Source of the DNA: Candidatus Uhrbacteria bacterium GW2011_GWE2_46_68
Lineage (GTDB): Bacteria; Patescibacteriota; Patescibacteriia; UBA9934; GWF2-40-263
Reading direction: 5' to 3'
Assembly (NCBI GenBank): GCA_001002765.1
Contig: LCMS01000003.1
Coordinates: 1 to 60,260, forward strand
DNA: 60,260 bases
Shown here: positions 58,401 to 60,260 of the stretch, in pieces
Layout of the letters: every line of letters starts with the position of its first letter
Position numbering within the stretch: position 1 is the stretch's first letter
Position numbers and translations under genes: made by a program
Notes under the pieces: generated by a model
Databases searched by the model: none
Told to the model about the DNA's origin: nothing
Seen by the model: the letters and a program-made list of their open reading frames with translations, nothing else

Positions 58401-58930
58401 TAACCCCGAACATTCCTCTGGATCCGCAAGAAGTTACACAAGCGCACACTCCTGCGCGCATCATCTTGATCACGCGCTTGCGGTGGATTCAACAGATTAT
58501 CGCGCCAAGCGGTGTATTCCTTTCTCTCGTCATTTTGTTTATCGAACCTTCGTGGATCGCCGGCGGACTCTTTGCTTTACAAGCCGTGGTTTACGGTTTT
58601 TCCAAACGTCTTGCCGTTTCTCGCAAACCGTTCAAGTGGGGAATTGTGTATGACAAAACCACTGGTCGGCCGCTTGCCAATGTGGTCGCTCGAATTTTTG
58701 AAGAAAAATATCACCGTCTTGTGGAAACTCAAGTGACGGATAGTAAAGGTCGTTATAATTTCCTTTTGGGACCAAACCAATACGCCGCACGATTCGAACG
58801 AGAGGGTTTTGTCCCCGTAGAGGTGAAACCCATTGATTTCACAAAAGAAAAAGAAAGCAAAGATTTTTCCACTGAAGTTTCTTTGGAGCCGGAGCATCTA
58901 CTAAAAGATATCCCCTCACAAGATCATTAA
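55469..58930 (+). CDS. Large surface protein with Fn3 repeats, acidic PGD repeat, Cys motif and carboxypeptidase-regulatory-like domains
   Basis: ATISWTT...VDYGTT...HSITLTGL...YYFRVRS (twice); CGDGVC...CPDDC; TDSKGRYNF. Confidence 0.85.
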   Translation: MNFCDVFPRFLQHALIFLAATLVSLGGCSVAYAATITTAHDIPSSLQLSQSVDHAVTFTTPTGVAEGQTIIFTFSSAFGTGAVVENDMDISDDGVDLTTASDCTGSEQVSAVMAADILTMTVCAGDGGSIAAGSIIVVEIGTNATASGTGSNQITNPSTGGTYFLAVSGTFGDRGTILYPISSSTDQVTVSATVSVTGGDGGGGSTPTADTTAPSISSITVSGLTASQATISWTTSEMATSAVDYGTTASFGYTSSSPYTYVTSHSITLTGLSEGQTYYFRVRSSDTYSNQATSSTQTFTTLDTTAPAITMIEVVDITTSSARATWTTNESATSVIEYGTTTSYGSTSSDLSFVTSHSILLTGLTDGTTYHFFVQSSDASGNSTTSSDQTFTTDADDVPANVSSLTVTEEDTQLTLSWINPSDTDLTGIRGLICTDGYPTSPSDTDCTVIFDGLLTSFIATGLMNDTTYYFGVFAYDAALQFASGALASGMPRASEEELPSDEETPDEEDPGDDDIPGDEDVPGDDDTPGDEETPIEEGEEDEGQPPSDTTGETKTCGDGVCAGEETLAICPDDCGEDVPPQEGETIEPSEEGGNMQFLVAEDSLSLFTTDSGVVKILPETLVHLVFESVQPEEGISILITLDDQTYLLTPTVSKEGNVFFEAEILSPLTPGLFPLILTTILQGGTITTQIFTIEIEGYGYAFEIKGEEQVIIGDTVFTLYAEDGTVWDSSPFFQWNPFSSDTSGQYAWYVPNGSYVVRAQHEGYQMAQSAWVTVADHVFAVSIEMSPLVVQPFFEGQTIFSGGASFLSDVVPQIEQTQQAIQDLPGVETAIDISVPVLVINAGAGVLLMGSAFNLLPFLQYLFTSPLLLFWRKKRQKYGVVYHAYRKTPVDLATVRLYRLTGKTTEGTFLGKLVKSCVTNKEGKYAFFAPPGKYYLTISKSGYTFPSNYLVQEKTDGNFLDVYHGEEVEVTSDSALLTPNIPLDPQEVTQAHTPARIILITRLRWIQQIIAPSGVFLSLVILFIEPSWIAGGLFALQAVVYGFSKRLAVSRKPFKWGIVYDKTTGRPLANVVARIFEEKYHRLVETQVTDSKGRYNFLLGPNQYAARFEREGFVPVEVKPIDFTKEKESKDFSTEVSLEPEHLLKDIPSQDH

Positions 58931-58931
58931 T

Positions 58932-60260
58932 ATGTCTTTTTTGCGCAAACAAACAATACAAAGCATCGCAAACGCAAGTCTTCTTTTCTTGCTTGCTTTA
59001 GGTTGTCTTTTTGCTCCGCTTGCAACCTTTGCGGCTTCGCCTTCCAATATCATCAATTACCAAGGTCGGATTTTGGATAGCAACGGCACTCCTGTTGCCG
59101 ATACCACCATCAACATGGAGTTTCGTTTTTACACCGCATTGACCGGAGGGACATGCGTTTGGTCCAACTCTTCTTCTGATTGTGATGGCAACACCCCGGC
59201 TTCCACTGTTGCTCGCAGTGTGACTCTCACCTCAGGATTATTGAGTGAAGCCTTGGGAGATATAGCTGCCACGACTCCTTATGCGGCGATTGCTTCCAGC
59301 ACGTTTGCGGATAATAGTGCCATTTATCTTGAAGTGGAGATTGCAGGGGAAGCTCTTTCTCCGCGCAAACAAATGGTTGCCACACCCTATGCGCTTAACG
59401 CGCAGACCTTGGATGGTTATGATTCTTCCGCACTTTTACTTAAAGCAGGTGATACAGCCACAGGCGTTTTTACTTTTCAACAAACCGTGGATATTGATGG
59501 CGGTGCAAATATTTCCGACGTGACGGCCGGTGCCAATGTCACCATGGGAAACAGTACAGGCAATCTCACCTTTCTTTCCGATAACGCAGATATCACTCTC
59601 ACAGACGCCACGGACAATGTGTTTCAAATTTTAGGATCTGGCGGGGCCACTTTGTTTGATATTGATCTTGGAGCCTCGGACGCTATAACCTTGGGCGACA
59701 ATTCCACAACGATTGCGATCAACTCTTCTGATTGGGACGTGAGTGTCACAGGAGACATGACCGGAATCGGCGTTATAACCATGAACGGACTTTTGACAGG
59801 AACCCTGGGCGCCACGCTTTCAGGTGCCACGATTTCTCTCAATGCAAGTTCCAATTTTAATACCAACATCAATACCGGAACTTCAACGGGTACAGTGACG
59901 ATTGGTGGCAGCGCGGGAAACACCATCAATATCGGTTCTGATAATACCGTGGCTGATACCATTGGGATCGGTTCGGTTTTGGATCAACTGGCTTTGATTG
60001 GAGATGATTGGTCCGTGACATCCGCCGGTTTGATAACAACCGCCTCTGACCTTGCCGTTAACGGCGACGATGTTACTGCAGACGGCAGCCTCACATTGAA
60101 TGCAACGGGTTATCTTCGTGTGGGAGATGCAGGAACTCCTGGAGTGGCAAATGGAGATGATGATCTGTATGTCGAAAGTGATATCGAACTTGATGGTGAC
60201 CTGTATCTTCAAGGAGATGATTTGTTCATGAACACCAATACAAACGGATTTATTCTTGTT
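58932..60260 (+). CDS. Large secreted surface/fibre-like protein, runs off the window end (not in ORF track)
   Basis: Hand translation MSFLRKQ...signal...INYQGRILDSNG...LSPRKQMVATPYALNAQTLDG; Gly/Thr/Asn-rich. Confidence 0.8.
   Translation, partial: MSFLRKQTIQSIANASLLFLLALGCLFAPLATFAASPSNIINYQGRILDSNGTPVADTTINMEFRFYTALTGGTCVWSNSSSDCDGNTPASTVARSVTLTSGLLSEALGDIAATTPYAAIASSTFADNSAIYLEVEIAGEALSPRKQMVATPYALNAQTLDGYDSSALLLKAGDTATGVFTFQQTVDIDGGANISDVTAGANVTMGNSTGNLTFLSDNADITLTDATDNVFQILGSGGATLFDIDLGASDAITLGDNSTTIAINSSDWDVSVTGDMTGIGVITMNGLLTGTLGATLSGATISLNASSNFNTNINTGTSTGTVTIGGSAGNTINIGSDNTVADTIGIGSVLDQLALIGDDWSVTSAGLITTASDLAVNGDDVTADGSLTLNATGYLRVGDAGTPGVANGDDDLYVESDIELDGDLYLQGDDLFMNTNTNGFILV

Noticed and set aside
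192-60212. Numerous 60-225 aa antisense or overlapping ORFs in the track (e.g. 12519..13196, 31858..32436, 24051..24590)
   Set aside because: They are shadow frames of well-supported genes on the opposite strand or in another frame.
1-60260. Alternative genetic code (TGA read-through)
   Set aside because: Conserved genes translate full length under code 11 and several end in TGA at the expected position.

Overview
Chromosomal origin region of a small-genome bacterium, very likely Patescibacteria/CPR. This is inferred from the VirB2/TrbC-like pilin array, an NYN gene between rpsO and pnp, mostly SD-less core genes and a WxL-like surface locus; the genetic code appears standard. Core content: dnaA-dnaN and rpmH-rnpA-yidD around a recognisable oriC, PBP1A, tig, hppA, rnhB, comM, lspA, pnp, rpsO, a Xer recombinase, polA, holA, rpsT, rmuC, an Isc-type Fe-S operon, galU and 5 tRNAs. 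No rRNA, CRISPR array or reverse transcriptase was seen. The most interesting elements are: (1) two dispersed paralogous genes (23.9 and 48.6 kb) whose 3' ends look like diversity-generating retroelement (DGR) variable regions, with no RT or template repeat in the window; (2) a 600-aa protein fusing a sigma-70 region-4 domain to two RNAP alpha-CTD domains; (3) two unannotated structured non-coding regions (25.3 and 28.3-28.7 kb), the second next to an off-origin pair of perfect DnaA boxes; (4) tRNA-anchored accessory genes, including a HEPN-motif protein and a zinc-ribbon/DUF3307 operon with strong SD sites. All domain calls come from motif recognition by eye, not from database searches.
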